Source: Enoplolaimus lenunculus
Taxonomy: Eukaryota
Assembly: GCA_030248215.1 (NCBI GenBank)
Contig: JASANG010001737.1
Location: 124,001-188,000 of the forward strand
Direction of reading: 5' to 3'
DNA length: 64,000 nt
In this document: piece after piece, positions 1 to 14,700 of the stretch
Numbering within the stretch: position 1 is the first letter of the stretch
Layout: the number at the start of each line of letters is the position of its first letter
Notes under the pieces: model-generated
Seen by the model: the letters and a program-made list of their open reading frames with translations, nothing else
Told to the model about the DNA's origin: nothing
Databases searched by the model: none
Translations under genes and position numbers: made by a program

Positions 1-1655
1 CGATCACAAAATCCACCAACGAACGTTCGATATTTTAGGACGGCGCCAGACCAGTTATTTGACCGTATCTCGTTAACCAGACGTCTGATTATGGAAAGTT
101 TAACACCATTCGACTCAGCTTCGGAAGCCCTGTGCAATAGTATATAATGTGTCTAACTTGTTGACAAATTTTTTTGGGCCTCAAACGAGAACCATGACCT
201 TAAAATCTAATTTTTTAAAAATTCCAGTTTGGCCGTGGAATGATCATGGGTGACATGAGAAGCCCAAATATGCAGTAAATTTCAAAATACAACCATTTTT
301 GAGCAAACACGCACGGGCTGAGGAAGAATAAAGGAAAAGATCCTTTACAGAGTGGGATGTGGGAAAATTTTTCTTACCCGACCACCGGTTTACCCAGGCA
401 AATAATTCTTATTCCCACGGGTTCACCCACGCAAAAAGCGCTAAAAGATTTACCGACAACACGCCTTTTACCCGCGCCTGAAGTTAAACCAGTATGTTAA
501 ATGTCGCTGGTGATTTGCACTTTGATAAAGTTTTGCGTATAATAGCTCTAATGAATTATACAAATGAAAGCTTACTAGAAACCAGGGTTCCAACGGAATT
601 ACGATTCCGGCTAAAATTGTGAAAATATTTGGATTCCGATTCCGACAAGCTTCTTTTCCGATACTGGAATTTCCGATTTTTCGGTTATGAGTTCTTAAGC
701 TGATTGAACTTAAAATTTTGCCTATTTTTTCGTTTGTTTGCAAATCTGTTTGTTCTGGTTACTAAGTATTCTCAGTAGCAGAGTAAATTACTTCGCTGAT
801 TGTCAAAATGTGACTGCAATTGAAAGCTTTAAGCTCTGCCTGCACAGTCAGGCAACAGGCGAGGCTGCGAGGGTGCCAGGAATGTAAGAGCAATGTAAAA
901 TAAAAATGGCACGCAAGATTGCGAGCGGCTCCTGTCTACTTTTAAGCGTTTTGTCTTCGATCACAAAAAGGTTGGGGCGAGGAACCGCAATTAAATTAAA
1001 AAGATATATAGAATTGTTTTTTTTTGAAATTTTGAAATGAGTTACTCAAATTGTCTGGGTGCGCATGTGATGGTTTCAGTAATGTACGGCCAGTACGGTT
1101 GCATTGCGTTTCATGTCAATTGTTTACATTCTCGATTTCATACAGCAATAAACGGCGGTTATTATATTGTTTAGTGTCTGTGTGAATTTCAAAGTATCAT
1201 GTATTTAGTTGTTGTAGATTTATTAAATTTAAAATTTACATTTGATTTTGTTGTTTAGAAATGATCTTTGTATTGTATATTTGCCAGCCAGCCAGCCAGT
1301 ATACCTTGATATATGTAAAGGTTGGAATTAAAGCTTTGGGTAGTCGGAGTTGAATTTAGAACTGTTGATTACCCAAAAAGATTCGGAATAATTTGTAATC
1401 AGTTGAGAACAGTGTTATATCGTGTTTCGAAAACATAAATAGTACAGCAGAACGTTTGAGTGTCAATATTGTGTCTTCTGAATATCTGTTTCTCCAGCTG
1501 TAATAACGTTGATTTGGCATCGTGATCGTGACCTGAGTACTTTTATTTTTGTGAAATCAATACATGTCAGGCAGGATTCAACAGGATATCTGGTTCCTGC
1601 AAAAAGCGACATCCGGCTCCGGCAATTTAACTTGCTGGATGTTTTTTAAAAATAT

Positions 1656-2291
1656 ATGTATTGAGCGAAGCTCGAACCCACGTAAGCAGTTAAGCTAATA
1701 TGCAAATTAGTTATTAGCTAACTATTCATGTATTGGTTTTGGAGGTTGGTAAACAATTTATTCAGATTCCTCGAACTTAAAAACCCGTCAGTAATCCTAA
1801 TAATTTGAGAAATAATTTAAAAAGCCATTATTTAGGCGTATCAATTAAGCAAATATGCAAATTAGCTACTAGATAACTATTCGATAATCGGTTTTGAAGG
1901 TTTGTAGACAATTTAATCAGATTCCTCGCATCCAAAACCCCTTTAATGCTGAAATTAGGTTGCTTTTAACTGTAATAATTAGTGAAATAATGTAGATTGC
2001 TTCTAACTGTAATAATTAGTGAAATAATGTAGAAAGTCCTAATTTAGGCTTAATTAATTATGCAAATTAGCCTGTAGCTAATAAACGGCTTCAAATTTTT
2101 AAACCCCAATGCGAGGTTAACTCCCCAGGGTAATTGGCTTTCAAACAAAAAAGTTTATTGAGCGAAGCGAAACTCCGACCGAAGCTCGGAGTATCGCGAA
2201 GCGTTTTATGTTTTGTATTCTGGGGTCGAAAGGTGGATGTCCGTCTGTCCGTCCGAAAAGAATCTCAGGAACGGCTGAACCGATTTTGAAA
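1656..2291 (-). mobile_element. shorter HINE copy with an inverted 5' segment
   Basis: 1656-2155 matches the family in minus orientation; 2156-2291 matches the missing 5' ~135 bp in plus orientation. Confidence 0.75.
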
Positions 2292-2424
2292 TGCTAAGTC
2301 AGCATGCCAATGGACCACAGTTTTAACAAATCTTACGATAGGTTCAACTTTCAATTGTTTGCCGAATATTTTGTTGAATGTAGGTTTTGGTTTAAAAACA
2401 TATTACTAACTGGTGATAAATGCT

Positions 2425-2508
2425 ATTATATATATGTATATATATGTATATATATATATGTATATATGTGTGTATATATGTGTATGTATATATATGTACG
2501 TATATATA
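2425..2508. repeat. (TA)n/(TATG)n microsatellite
   Basis: direct inspection. Confidence 0.9.
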
Positions 2509-3007
2509 GTGCTTTTTGAAAAAATATACACGCCACGGAGTCGACACGTTATGATGCGACTCTCATGCTTATGCTGCTGCTGTTTTGATTTTTCGTTTAG
2601 TTGTTTTCGGTGAAGTTTACGCTGAATTTGTTTTGTTCAAATTCAATAAGCTGTTTTAATGGCTGGATTTGTATTGGCTGGAAACAGGTTACGCCAGAGA
2701 CGCTAAGTTTAAAATTTATTTGAACCGCATCACTGTCTACGTTTTGTTACAATAACATAGCACACATATGGATCATAAACTGCGCATTGATATTAGTTTG
2801 TCTGGAAGGAAGCTATGATGGATTTTGCTTCGACACTCCTGTCACAGGGGATGTGATGAGACTTTTGTGTCGCTTAAGGAGGATTGGATAGAAATTCCGA
2901 TTCCGGGTTGATTGTGCAATCGGAATCGGAAGTCGGTTTGTATCGGAATTCTAATCGGAATCGAAATTCCGATTGCACCCTGTAGTTCTCAAGACGTAGC
3001 CTCGACC

Positions 3008-3404
3008 CAGTGGCGGATCCAGGATCTCAAAATGGGGGGGGACAAAATTTCACAGGTAATAAATTTATTTTAGACCCATACTGTACTGACCGAAATAAGA
3101 GGTGGGGTCCCCATTTTGAGTCCCAATTAATAGGAGTCCGTATCCCTAATAAGAGTCCGTAAGCGGGTAGAGTCCTTAAACCCTTGTTAGAGTCCATAAA
3201 TGTCTATTATCCCTAATTGTAGCGCATAAATGACTCCAGGGCCAAATAAACGTGAGTTCGAAACTTTAAAGCGTGCTTATACTATTGTGTATAAAACAGA
3301 GAAATAAACAGCGTAGAACAGCAATTGACACGATATAATTTTTGTCGAGATGATGTTGGGGGGGGCACGGCCAGGGTGGCCCCTCCCCATGGATCCGGCC
3401 ATTG
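3008..3404 (+). mobile_element. hAT-like MITE (CAGTGGCGGATCC...GGATCCGGCCATTG) interrupted by a Tc1-like MITE fragment
   Basis: An uninterrupted copy lies at 63185-63344; CTCGAC occurs on both flanks; related termini at ~5843-6042, ~17676-17872 and ~44867. Confidence 0.7.
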
Positions 3405-6191
3405 CTCGACTCAGACTTTGAAATATGACAGCATTTGTGGGGTGTCGGTGTAGATTGGTGTTTTTTGATTACAGTGTCTCGTGGGAAAGAGTGAGCATGT
3501 ACTTGATTACGGCTGCAAAAAAAGCGGAAAAATAAGAAAAACAACGCAATAGACTAATATAATATGATAGCTATAAACTTGCTGGGTTCGTCGTCCGTTC
3601 CTATACGACATTTACTAGCAGCAGCCGCTGCGTTTTAATGCCCGTGTGGCTTTGGCGAAATAGTTTGCCAGTTGTCTGGACAGTACATATAATATTAGTA
3701 GAAGATATAGCACCGTGATTGGTACTTTAAGATACGTTTTATATCGAAATGATGCATATACTTTACTGTTATATCTTACTATCGATTTATTTATCAATAT
3801 TTATATATGTACATTAGTAGTTGGTCGGTATCTTGTGTTTGTTGAATTTTACAAGGGTTTCTTGTGTGTAATTATGCAGGCTTTATGATATAACCAAAAT
3901 AGGGGTACGCTGGTTTGATGACGAGTGGATTAGGCATGCGCTGCTATCTATAAAGAGTTCCTACGAAACTGGGCTGATTTTTGGGTTATGGCGAAAAGTT
4001 AAGCTTGTTCACAACGTATACATACACATACACATATGTTATATGTATTATAAATAATTTATCAGGATGCGACCGGATATTAATTTATCGGATACCGGCA
4101 CCGGATACGGATATTGAATTATTTGGCCGGAAGTGGAATCGGATAACCGGATATTGTATACGTACGTTAAAATAATTTATTTTTTTTGCTGTATTTTTAG
4201 CGTGCTTAAAGTTTTCGTCTGTTATATAAAGTTGATGATTTCTTTTAATGAAAAAAAAGCGTTTAACTCCCTGTTCGCTAATGCGATAAGTTCTGATAAT
4301 GCTCAAACAAACGCCAACACTGAATCACCTCCAGTGCTCGTATTCTAGAATGCGTATAACACATATTATTATCGGTCGGTGATACATTTTAACCTTTGAA
4401 CCAGCAAATCGTATTAGGTTCAATCTACTTATGTGCCAATTTTGAGACTCACAACCGTAGGAGTTTGTCCGTTTGAAAAAACCTATCGCTAACTAGTGAT
4501 TGATTGCTATACGCATTTGAAAATACGCCTGATTATAGATATCTGTCCGGAATTCCAATTGTTTCAACGATATACGTGTCATTGATTTTAGAGCATCGTT
4601 TGAAAATTTAATTTTAAAAAATATTTTCCTTGACAAATGGTACTTACACAAATTTTAGTGTCGGTATAATTTGTATTTACGCTGTGACGCTACTGATTTT
4701 TGAGGTATTTTTATATGAAATTTGTAATCCAGGTATGCGTGTATTTCCAATTAAAATAGCGTTTACAGATGACTAAATTTGAACAGTTCAGGAAGTTTCG
4801 TCCAGCTGAAATTGGATACTCATGGGACCTCCTTAATATAGAACTAAACTTATTACTTTCTGTATTATAACCATGGATCACATATGGCATTCATTTGTTT
4901 TTGTTTAAAAAGTTAAGTATCTGGTTAACTCGCCGACTTAAGTAATTACTTAACCCTTTCTCACATGAATATTTTCTATTTCCCCTGAGACCTACTTTTA
5001 TGCTAGGATTTGAACTCCAGTGGCTGGAGTGGGAGGCGTATACCATCACCACTCAGCTTGTGTATTCATATAAAACGGTGGTCAGTAGTGACCCTATTTA
5101 GAGATTTGCGGTTCCGGAGCGAAAATTATTTTCGATTAAACTTAGCTTCGAAATTTAGTAACCTAAAAGCTGGTAGTACCTAGCTTGTTAAGTGTATACG
5201 CAGAATTTAGAAGTAATATGCGTTTGGCAGTATATAATTTAAAGTTTGTCTAACAAATTAAGACACTGAAAAAGCAAAAGCTTATGTCTGTTCATCTCCA
5301 ACGCACTTAAGTATGAGCAGATATTCTGAAAACTCAAAAACTATATATTTAAAACACAAAAAAAACTACGAAAAATAGCATAAGAAACAATTTACTTTGT
5401 AAATTTTAGTTTTTTCGGTGATGACCAAAAACGGTCCGAGACTCAGAGTTTTCATGCCCGGTCTCTGTACTCTGGTCTCTGTCTCGGTTGCGGTTTTCAA
5501 CCGAGACGGCCTATCCCTGGCGGTAGGAAGAAATATCGGCAACCCTGATATACATATATGTATATTGTATATAAAATATATTACCGACATGATCGAACCG
5601 TTCATCGTTTAGTCAGTAGTGGAATGAAAAAGACTTGCGTGCAAATCGAGCCATAAGCCATGAGAAATTGATAATTTGGGGGGTCTTCGATGAAGAGGGT
5701 ATACAGAAGACAGGCTGATAATCTGGAGGGGTTGAATTAACTGTGAAAAGTTATAATCAGAAAAGCATGGAGGACATTGATGCCGCAATCCCCCTGGTTT
5801 GGCGTTTGGCACCCGTAATCTATGCTAAACATTCTTTGTGTCCATTGGGCGATCCAGAAATTTTTAAGAGGGCGGATGGGCACGAGAGGTATAATAGTGC
5901 ACAAAAACTCACGTGTGAAACGAAACGACCGAGAAGGTGAATATTATTTTAGTGCTTAATCTTAATATAAAATTTTAGTTTGGATCACAGTAAGGGCGCG
6001 TACTTATTAAGCCCGGATGACGCTCCATTGGATCCGGCAGTGTATGTGGCATCATGCATAGGTTTAGCAAACCACGTTTTAGTTTCAGTGCTGTTTCTGT
6101 ATACCCAGAGCCTACGGAAACTGGGTAAATGTTGTGTACATAGCTGTTTTTTCAATTTTTTAGTTTTGCGCGTATCTTTATGTTGGTTCAC

Positions 6192-6203
6192 GGTTTGTTG
6201 TTG

Positions 6204-6248
<45 letters not shown>

Positions 6249-6282
6249 TATTATTATTATATTATTATTATTATTATTATTA
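6192..6282. repeat. (GTT)n then (TAT)n microsatellite
   Basis: direct inspection. Confidence 0.95.
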
Positions 6283-9200
6283 CTTTTTTGTTTAAGCGGT
6301 GTGTTGTTATTGGTTATTTTGAATTGTCACATTAAGCTTAACTACACATTTACTTAATAGGTGCATTTCTGACCGGAAGAGATAAGATTAGCTATTATAA
6401 TAATGACATTTTTGTATGTTTTTTTGGTTATTTTGGTAGTTGTTTAAAACAATATTTATGGCCAGGCCAGATCATTAACAACATATTGACGATGGATAGA
6501 CGCTAAGCTGGAGAGTTTTTAAGTGTGCAATCATTTGTGAAAAAACGAGAAAAAAGACACTTTTACACGCTTGTAAGCTGGTGTCTCGGTGTCGCTACCG
6601 GTCCCTCTTATATAGTTTTCGCCGCCCGCCCCCTTGAAGATTTTCGGTGTCAATAATTGTAACTGAGTCATGTGCTGAATTCTTGCAGGTTCGTTTTCGG
6701 CCCTGTATGCAATGGGTGGCCAGGGAGGTTCAGCCCCCCCTAGAAAATTTTTTGCCCCCCTAGAAGATTTTCAATCTTTCTTGTATGAATGCCCCTCTCG
6801 AAAAAGTTTTACCCCCTCCCTAGCAAGTTGAGCTGGCTACTGGCCTGTTCGGTCTACAATTTTGGCGGACCTTCAAAAACGTTGGGGTTGGCTGTGATTA
6901 TGAGCTTGCTGCCAGGGTGGGGTCTCCAGTTCACAACGATGAGTTTTTGATACCTACGTTTACGTGAAAGGTCGGGCTGGTAGCAGACGAAATATTATTT
7001 TGTTTACGTACTCATTCCTTTTGTATGTTTGTGGTTTGTATGTGTGTGGTGTTTGTTTTCGTGTGTAGTGTCTAGATGTTTTATCTTTTTTTGACTGTTG
7101 TTGTTGTTTGAAGTTTTGAACTGATATGCGTTGTTGTTACGAGCGATTTGCGACGGCGAACCCAGCGATGCTCAGCGGCATACGTTGATCGGTGGTTTTG
7201 TGAGTAGACGCCGTATCGGGTGGGTTGTCAGCCGAGCGGTATATACATAGAAATGTATTAGCCAATGGTTTAGGATTAGGTAATACTCTTTGCCGGCTAA
7301 GTTCAATCTTACGCTGGAGACTAAGATTATGCATGCATATGTAGAAGTGTACACGAGTCTTACAAAACTTTGATCTGCGTTCATTTTTTCAACAATTGCT
7401 CTCGCGCGGAATGAGCGTATATAAGTGCACATAAGTGAAAATTTCTCAAATTACCCAAGACGATAATTCTGGTTTAGCAGGTTCCGGTTCTGAATTCATT
7501 CATGATTACATACCTAAACTTGTACGGTTTTAGTTTGGTTACACTTGTCTGTACCCGCGAAAAATTCATTGACAGTTACTGACCTCGCCTGCCCTTATTT
7601 TTCCTTCTGCGTTCAATATAATTGTGTAATTTTACAGTGCATAGATCTGACTTACAATAACTCTTTATCACTAACTTTCAAAACGAACCATTGAGTGAAA
7701 AAATGTAACACCAGGCAATACTGCACATTGCACCTGCACCGTTAAAACTAAGTTGTTTGCAGTTGGGTGATCACTGAATCAAAACATTCTTGTCTGTACA
7801 AAATCGTTGCAGTTAAGAGACATAAATCACATTTCTTTACGGTTTCGTCACAATATCTCTTAAGACGTCTTTCAGAATGCTGTAAAAATATTGTTCCAAG
7901 CCAAGTAAAACAAACAACCTCTATAGAAACGCGAAGAATGTGAGCAAATGAAGTAACATATTGTTAGTGTCTTTCAAACAGCCACTTCTTCACTCATACG
8001 CTAAAAACAGTAAGAAAATTTAAGTTACGTACATTATCTGGTTTCAAGTCTCTCATGAAAATATTTTAGCCGAATAAAGAATCGCAAATTTTTACACGGG
8101 CGCCAAAATCTTCTTACGCGTTACCCGCGGGTAGTGTGCCGCTCTGGAAGATGCACAGAAAAGCAGATGATTGAACCGTTCAGTGTTTAGCTGCATGATG
8201 AAAAAATTGAATTAATTCACACTGAAAGTAGTTTGTTATTGTGGATGCTGAAGCAATTCATAACCTACCGATTTGAAAATTGTATTGATTAAACGCCTTC
8301 CTAAGTAGGGTCAATTACTTGCGGCATTCGGTTTGAGTCGGTGTTTGATGTTGTTTCTTGATCGCGCTCTGCTCTCTGGTGGTCGTTCTGTTGTTGTTTG
8401 TTTCTGTTTGCTTGTAGGCGAACACGCATTCGCTCGCGTTTTAGCTGGAATGGGATTTTGGTGCACATTTATAATTTATGTATTATGTATTGTCGATTTT
8501 TGTTGCACCAGTACGTGCCATGCTCAGTATGTGATTTGTTGGTCAATTTCGGTGCGAATGTTGTTGTTGTTGTTGTTGTTTTTGGCGATATATTTTTAGA
8601 TGTTTTCCTATTTTCAATTTGTTTTCCAAAAGCATATATGCGGTTAGACGATCGCGTTTAGGGTATGGAAATGTCATTAGCTCTGCGACCGTTGATAGGA
8701 ACTGTGGAAAGTTGCGCTAGGAACGGAATTCGGTATTAGGGCGTTACGGTTAATTTTGTTGTTGTTGTAAGAAAAGATAATTGAAAATGGAATATAGAAA
8801 TTAATGAAAAATATTGCTTTTAATTCAACTGAATTTATGGTTTGTTGTTAATTGTATTGTACGTTATATAAACTAGTATACGTGGTTGCAAAATGTACAA
8901 CCCTAAAACATGCCTCTCAAAGCTTTTTTATGCCTGAAAACTGTGAAGTACATTTTGTTTACATTTCAATTCATCTCATTGATTCTTTGCTACACCGTGT
9001 GTGTTGACTTTCAAAAGAATGCGTCCTAATTTGTGTGTATATACGTTGTCTCTTGTTCATATAGGAAGCATTCCGTACAATAGCTGAGACGCTGGGCAAA
9101 ATACGTGTGTGGCGTGTTCCAACTTTAATAATGTACGTTACGCATATCAACACAAATATATATCGCTCAAATGCTGTTAATTAATTCGTTACGGACCGCG

Positions 9201-10408
9201 AGTTTAGAGCGCACCATTTTGTTCTCGTTTGGAGCCATGGCGAGTCTTGCGTTAAAAAATTTTGCTCACTCGCCACCGTTATTAAATGAAGTTATAAACG
9301 CTCCAAATGAAATTCTTTTAATTACGCCTCCAGATTGCGGGCGGCCGGCCATGAATATTAAAGCATTCTACTATGGTATTGTTTGGTTTTCGATTGCACT
9401 CTGATAGGGTAGATATTGAACGAACGCTACTTTTCTGGGATAATTTGTGCTTTTATATTAAAGCTTTATAGTTTTCTTGTTGTTGTTGTTGTTATGTTAT
9501 TGTTGTTGTTTTTTTAACTATTTTAATGTCGTTTTGGACGAGTCGTTTGATGACAGATCATGGTGTGTTGTGCTTGTATTTTGACTGTGTTTTGAAACAG
9601 TAGGATTGGAATTGGGTTACCTTGATGTATAAATAGGTGCCTGTTACGATACGGTACACACACACAACTGAATTTGTTTTCGGTTCCAACACAATATTTA
9701 TATATAGTTGGGATTTGTTTCATTTTTGTTGTGTTTGTATTTATGTTAGATGTATTTTTGGTAGTTTTAGACCAATGTGGGTATAGCTTTACCTTCGTTT
9801 TTAGTTTTTTTAGAAAGACGAAGTATGTGGCAGTGCAGTCTGTGGGGTAGTGTTTCTTGTGAAAACTAAGGGGGTTAGCTTAGGGTCAGTAGGAAAATAA
9901 ACATGGTGGTGCTGGGACAACAAGTTTAAGTGTTTTCGGTTATCCTCCAGCCGGTGTTCGCCCAAAAATGGTCGGATCTAAAATTTTTTGGCATAATTGA
10001 GCTTGTTGTCATTATCATGACCTCTCGTGATTGTTTCACACTTAAATTTGAATTTTTAAAATATTCGATTTGGTCGCAGGTGCGCTAGAGTGACGTCACC
10101 AACGTGAATTAGATTAAACCTTGTCTACGTTGTATTTCACCAATTTGAACTATGTAAATGCAATATCGTTAAAAACAAAAACATACTAATCCGGCTCTCT
10201 GCCAGAGTGCGACTGGTTATTATTTTATCGGAAGCGGATGCGGATATTGAGTTTTTACAGGAACAGGAACCGGACACTCGGCGCCACAGCCGTAAATATC
10301 CGTTCACCGACTGGTAGGTCTAAACCAGATAGGGATATCAGTTATTACCAGATATTAAACCGGAACCGTATATCCAGAAGCACACTGCTGACTGCATATC
10401 ACAATATA

Positions 10409-11745
10409 AACCAGTCGTAGTGGGACTACATGTATTGAGCGAAGCTCGAACACACGTAAGCAGTTAAGCTAATATGCAAATTAGTTATTAGCAACTATTC
10501 ATGTATTGGTTTTGAAGGTTGGTAAACAATTTATTCAGATTCCTCGAACTTAAAAACCCTTCAATAACCCTAATAATTTGACAAATAATTTAAAAAGCCA
10601 TATTTAGGCTTTTCAATTAAGCAAATATGCCGATTAGCTATTAGCTAATTATTCGATAATCGGGTTCAAAGGTTTCTAGACAATTTGTTCAGATTTCTCG
10701 CACCCAAAAACCCATTATTGTTGAAATTAGATTGCTTGTAAACCCTAATAATTAGTGAAATATTACAAAAAGTCCTAATCTAGGCTTATAAACTATGCTA
10801 ATATGCAAATTATATATTAGCTAACTATTCAATTATCGGTTTTGAAGGTTTGTAAACAATTTATTCAGATTCCTTGTACCCAAAAACCTTCAGTAAACCC
10901 TAATAATTATTGAAACAATTTAAAAAGTCCTAGTTTGTCTTGTCAATTAAGCTAATATGCAAATTAGCTATTAGCTAACTATTGAATTATCGGTTTTGAG
11001 GGTTTGTAGACAATTTATTCATATTCTTCGCACCCAAAAACCCAGTATTGCTGAAATTAGATTGCTTGTAACCCTAATAATTAGTGAAATATTGTAAAAA
11101 TGCCTAATTTAGGCTTATAAACTATGCTAATATGCAAAGTATATATTAGCTAACTACTGAATTGTCGGTTTTCTTGTCAATTAAGCTAATATGCAAATTA
11201 GCTATTAGCTAACTATTGAATTATCGGTTTTGAGGGTTTGTAGACAATATATTCATATTCTTCGCACCCAAAAACCCAGTATTGCTGAAATGAGATTGCT
11301 TGTAACCCTAATAATTAGTGAAATATTGTAAAAATGCCCAATTTAGGCTTATAAACTATGCTAATATGCAAATTATATATTAGCTAACTACTGAGTTGTC
11401 GGTTTTGGAGGTTTGTAAACAGTCTACGCAGATTCCTCGCACCCAAAAACCCTTTAATACTGAAATTAGATTGTTTGTAACTGTAACAATTAGTGAAATA
11501 AGGTAGAAAGTACTAATTTAAGGTTTAATTTATAATGCAAATTAGCCTGTAGCTAATAAATGGCTTAAAATTTTCAAACCCCAATGCGAGGTTAACACCC
11601 CACGATAATTTGCTTTCAAACAAAAAAGTTTGTCAAAATCGGTTCAGCCGTTCCTAAGATTGTTTTCGGACGGACGGACATCCACCTTTCGACCCCAAAG
11701 TACAAAACATAAAACGCATCGCGAAACTCCAAGCTTCGCTCAACA
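10409..11745 (-). mobile_element. HINE copy (same family as 19531-20740), reverse orientation
   Basis: Same subterminal repeats, GGAC microsatellite, hairpin GTAGTGGGACTAC, alternating ~153/~175-bp internal units. Confidence 0.8.
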
Positions 11746-14700
11746 TGGGCTGTGCTGCGCTGAAACACCGGTCGTGTGACGTTCGGGCCCGGTGCGCCCT
11801 GAAAGGAGTGGCATACAGGGATTTCACAAGACATAAAAACGAGGTTTGTACATTTTTTCGGAGGTGTAAAAGGCTTTTGTACTGTTCCCCCACATTTAAG
11901 ATTTAATCGTAGGCTCAAGCTTAGACTTCAGTAGAGGTATACGTATTTTCCCGTAATTCAATAATCCTATTCATACGTCTGTAGGCGGAGTGGCCAAAAG
12001 CCGTCCAAAATTTGTTTTTGGGAGCTGAGCGCCCAGGTACCCGTCCAGCCAGCTGTATGCCTGTACACAGTTATAAGTATATATATTAAGGTAGGCTTAC
12101 ATACATATTAGATATCGTTTTCAGTCCCTTGCAGCATGTTGTGGCTGCTTGTGCTCTGCTGATTTTTATCCTTTTTTGAAAACCGACTACTTTAAGTATT
12201 AACTATTCGTCTATTTTCTGCTTTTCGTAAGAGCCATTAAAACGACAGGCATCATAATAGTGACTGTTGGCTTGTTGCCAATTTCACTGGCATAGCAACA
12301 CAGACATGTTTCATAGCCGTGTTGTTGTGGTTGTTGTGTTGTTGTTGTTATTGCCTTTGTCGATCAATTGTTTCCGTGTTGAAAAGGGGCGTATACTTCA
12401 TGTGTAGCATATGGGGAATATATCCGTCTGAAATTTCCGGCGAGACCAGCAAAGCATGGTTTATGTACAGGCTTAAAATAATAACCTGATTGCGGTATGA
12501 GTAAGTTTCAAATATGGCTTTTGTTGACTTACCATCCGTATTTAAGGGTAATGATTAGGATTTGCCGTTTTCCCACGCTGTATAAATGTCGCGGAAGACT
12601 TTTTGAGGGACGAAACTAAGCGTGTACGTCTCACTCAGTACGTTTGCGCTCAAAAATATGAAGTTTCAATCCTCGGCAGCCCCAGAAATGGATCGTAGCT
12701 GTGCGGCCCTGTTGGCTTGTTGCCAATTTCACTATCATAGCAACCAATATATCATATGTTTCTTTGTTTTTTTGATGGTCAATTGTTGCTACCGTGTTGT
12801 GTGTTGCACGTTATAAGTGTTACGCTGATTTGTATATTTATAGCTCGGGTTGTTGTGGCTAGCTGAAGGTAGCAGGGACGTATACGCAGAGCGGATATGG
12901 CGTAAGCCAATCTGGTATTCAGGCTAATTACTAATTGGCCTGGGCCAATCTGTTATTGTGAGCAAATAGCAGAATAGCCAAGGCAAAAATACCGATTGTA
13001 AGATGTAGCAAAACTACAGTGATGTAGAACCAACGCTGATTGGTTAACGGTATTGCGCCTGTCACACTTATCAAATGTGATTCGTCTATAAGTTCAATAC
13101 CTTTTTCAGCAACACAACTCATCCCGCTATTAAATTTGTACGCTTTAGACTAACAAAAAATACTAAATATACACTTCGAACGTTAAAAACCTATTTAAGG
13201 TCGAGGGCCCGAGCTGCCACACCATGTTGGGGGCCTTTACCATGAAATTTGTGGGGAGCCCCAACCCCTGCTGCTCCGGTACTGTTGAGGTCCACATAGG
13301 CACATAAGCAATTAAACCACATGCTGATATAAACGATTTCATTTTGAGTTGTGATAAAAAGCAACAAAAAACTTTTGCGTTACTATAGAGTTTAAATACT
13401 TCATTTACTGGAGTATCATGTCTGGCATATTTTTTTCACAAAGCGATGTGATTTTGGCAAAATAACACTCTTTAGCATTCGATCATTTTAGGTAGCATTG
13501 TGCCCCCCACCCCCAATATTAATTTGCTTCTTGCGCCGCTGTTCATTTCCCATCAAAATTTGAATTTTCAAACAAAATCGATATGTTTCGCTTCCAAAAT
13601 CCCCCCTATGACCGTAAAACTTACGAAAAACTTTGACATTTAAGTCGAATAATGGTTTTAAATCATCGTCATTTGATCAGTATTCAATGAGTTGGTGCCT
13701 TCTCGACCCATTGACCGCAGCCAAAACAGTTTTTTGCACCATTCGACTCAGCTCGACAATCTGCATCGAGGACTTGTGTGCTTCAATCCAACTAATATAT
13801 AATTCAGCCCCCCTCCTCAAATAATTATACCTTTTGAGTACTTTTTTGCAGATAAGTATCTCACCGTGTCAGCAGCCCCGCCTCTGGAATTGTTTTATAC
13901 TTGTGATTTTAAGAAGTGAAAACGGCAGAATGAAAAACTCATACCCGAGTTTACAGAAACTTAAGGTCTCGCCTCCCGAAACACCCGTGAAAAATAATTA
14001 TACGACGCCAGTGTCCGGGGGTTCTATTTATTTTTCGCATACAGGTGAATTGAATTATATATTAGCATATGGTTTTCGGTCCATTTATTCGAGCTTATTA
14101 TACGTATATATATTATGTTTGGTACTCATTGCCTTTGAATTTGGCTCGCTATTGATTAATTTCATAAGCCGCAGTCCTGGGGCAGTTGGTGTTTTGTGGT
14201 TTCATGAGAGATTCGCGATCTCATTTGTTTGTTTTTTTGCTTCTTGACAAGTCACGGTATGCAATAGCGAGGGAACGGGTAGCTGATATGTAACGTTTCC
14301 CGAAATTTGTGAAGAGACAAGAACATCGTTTTCTCGTTCAACTACGATCACTCGTAGAATAAACGTTTACATGATGGTATACCCTCCTGAGATGAAATTT
14401 TGGCCACAACCATTACAATAGCAGCGTTGTCATTGTTTTGTTATTTTTAGTCAGTCTATTTGCTTGTTATGGTAAGACTGATCCGTTCGTGCTTCAGTTG
14501 ATGGTGGGGTATCATCGTGTTTGAGTTGGAAGTATACACCTATACGATACTGTTATCAGAGAGAAGTTATATATATATGTATATATATATATATATAATT
14601 TATATATATATTTTAGTGTAGTGAGTGAAAAATTTTTTAGCGCGTGTACTAGTGTCTTTTTCACGCATACGCATATTCAGAAATTTGGTGATGATGTATC

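Noticed and set aside
5640..5810. Possible LINE reverse-transcriptase tail relic
   Set aside because: Only a vague resemblance, with stops in all + strand frames; unsupported without a profile search.
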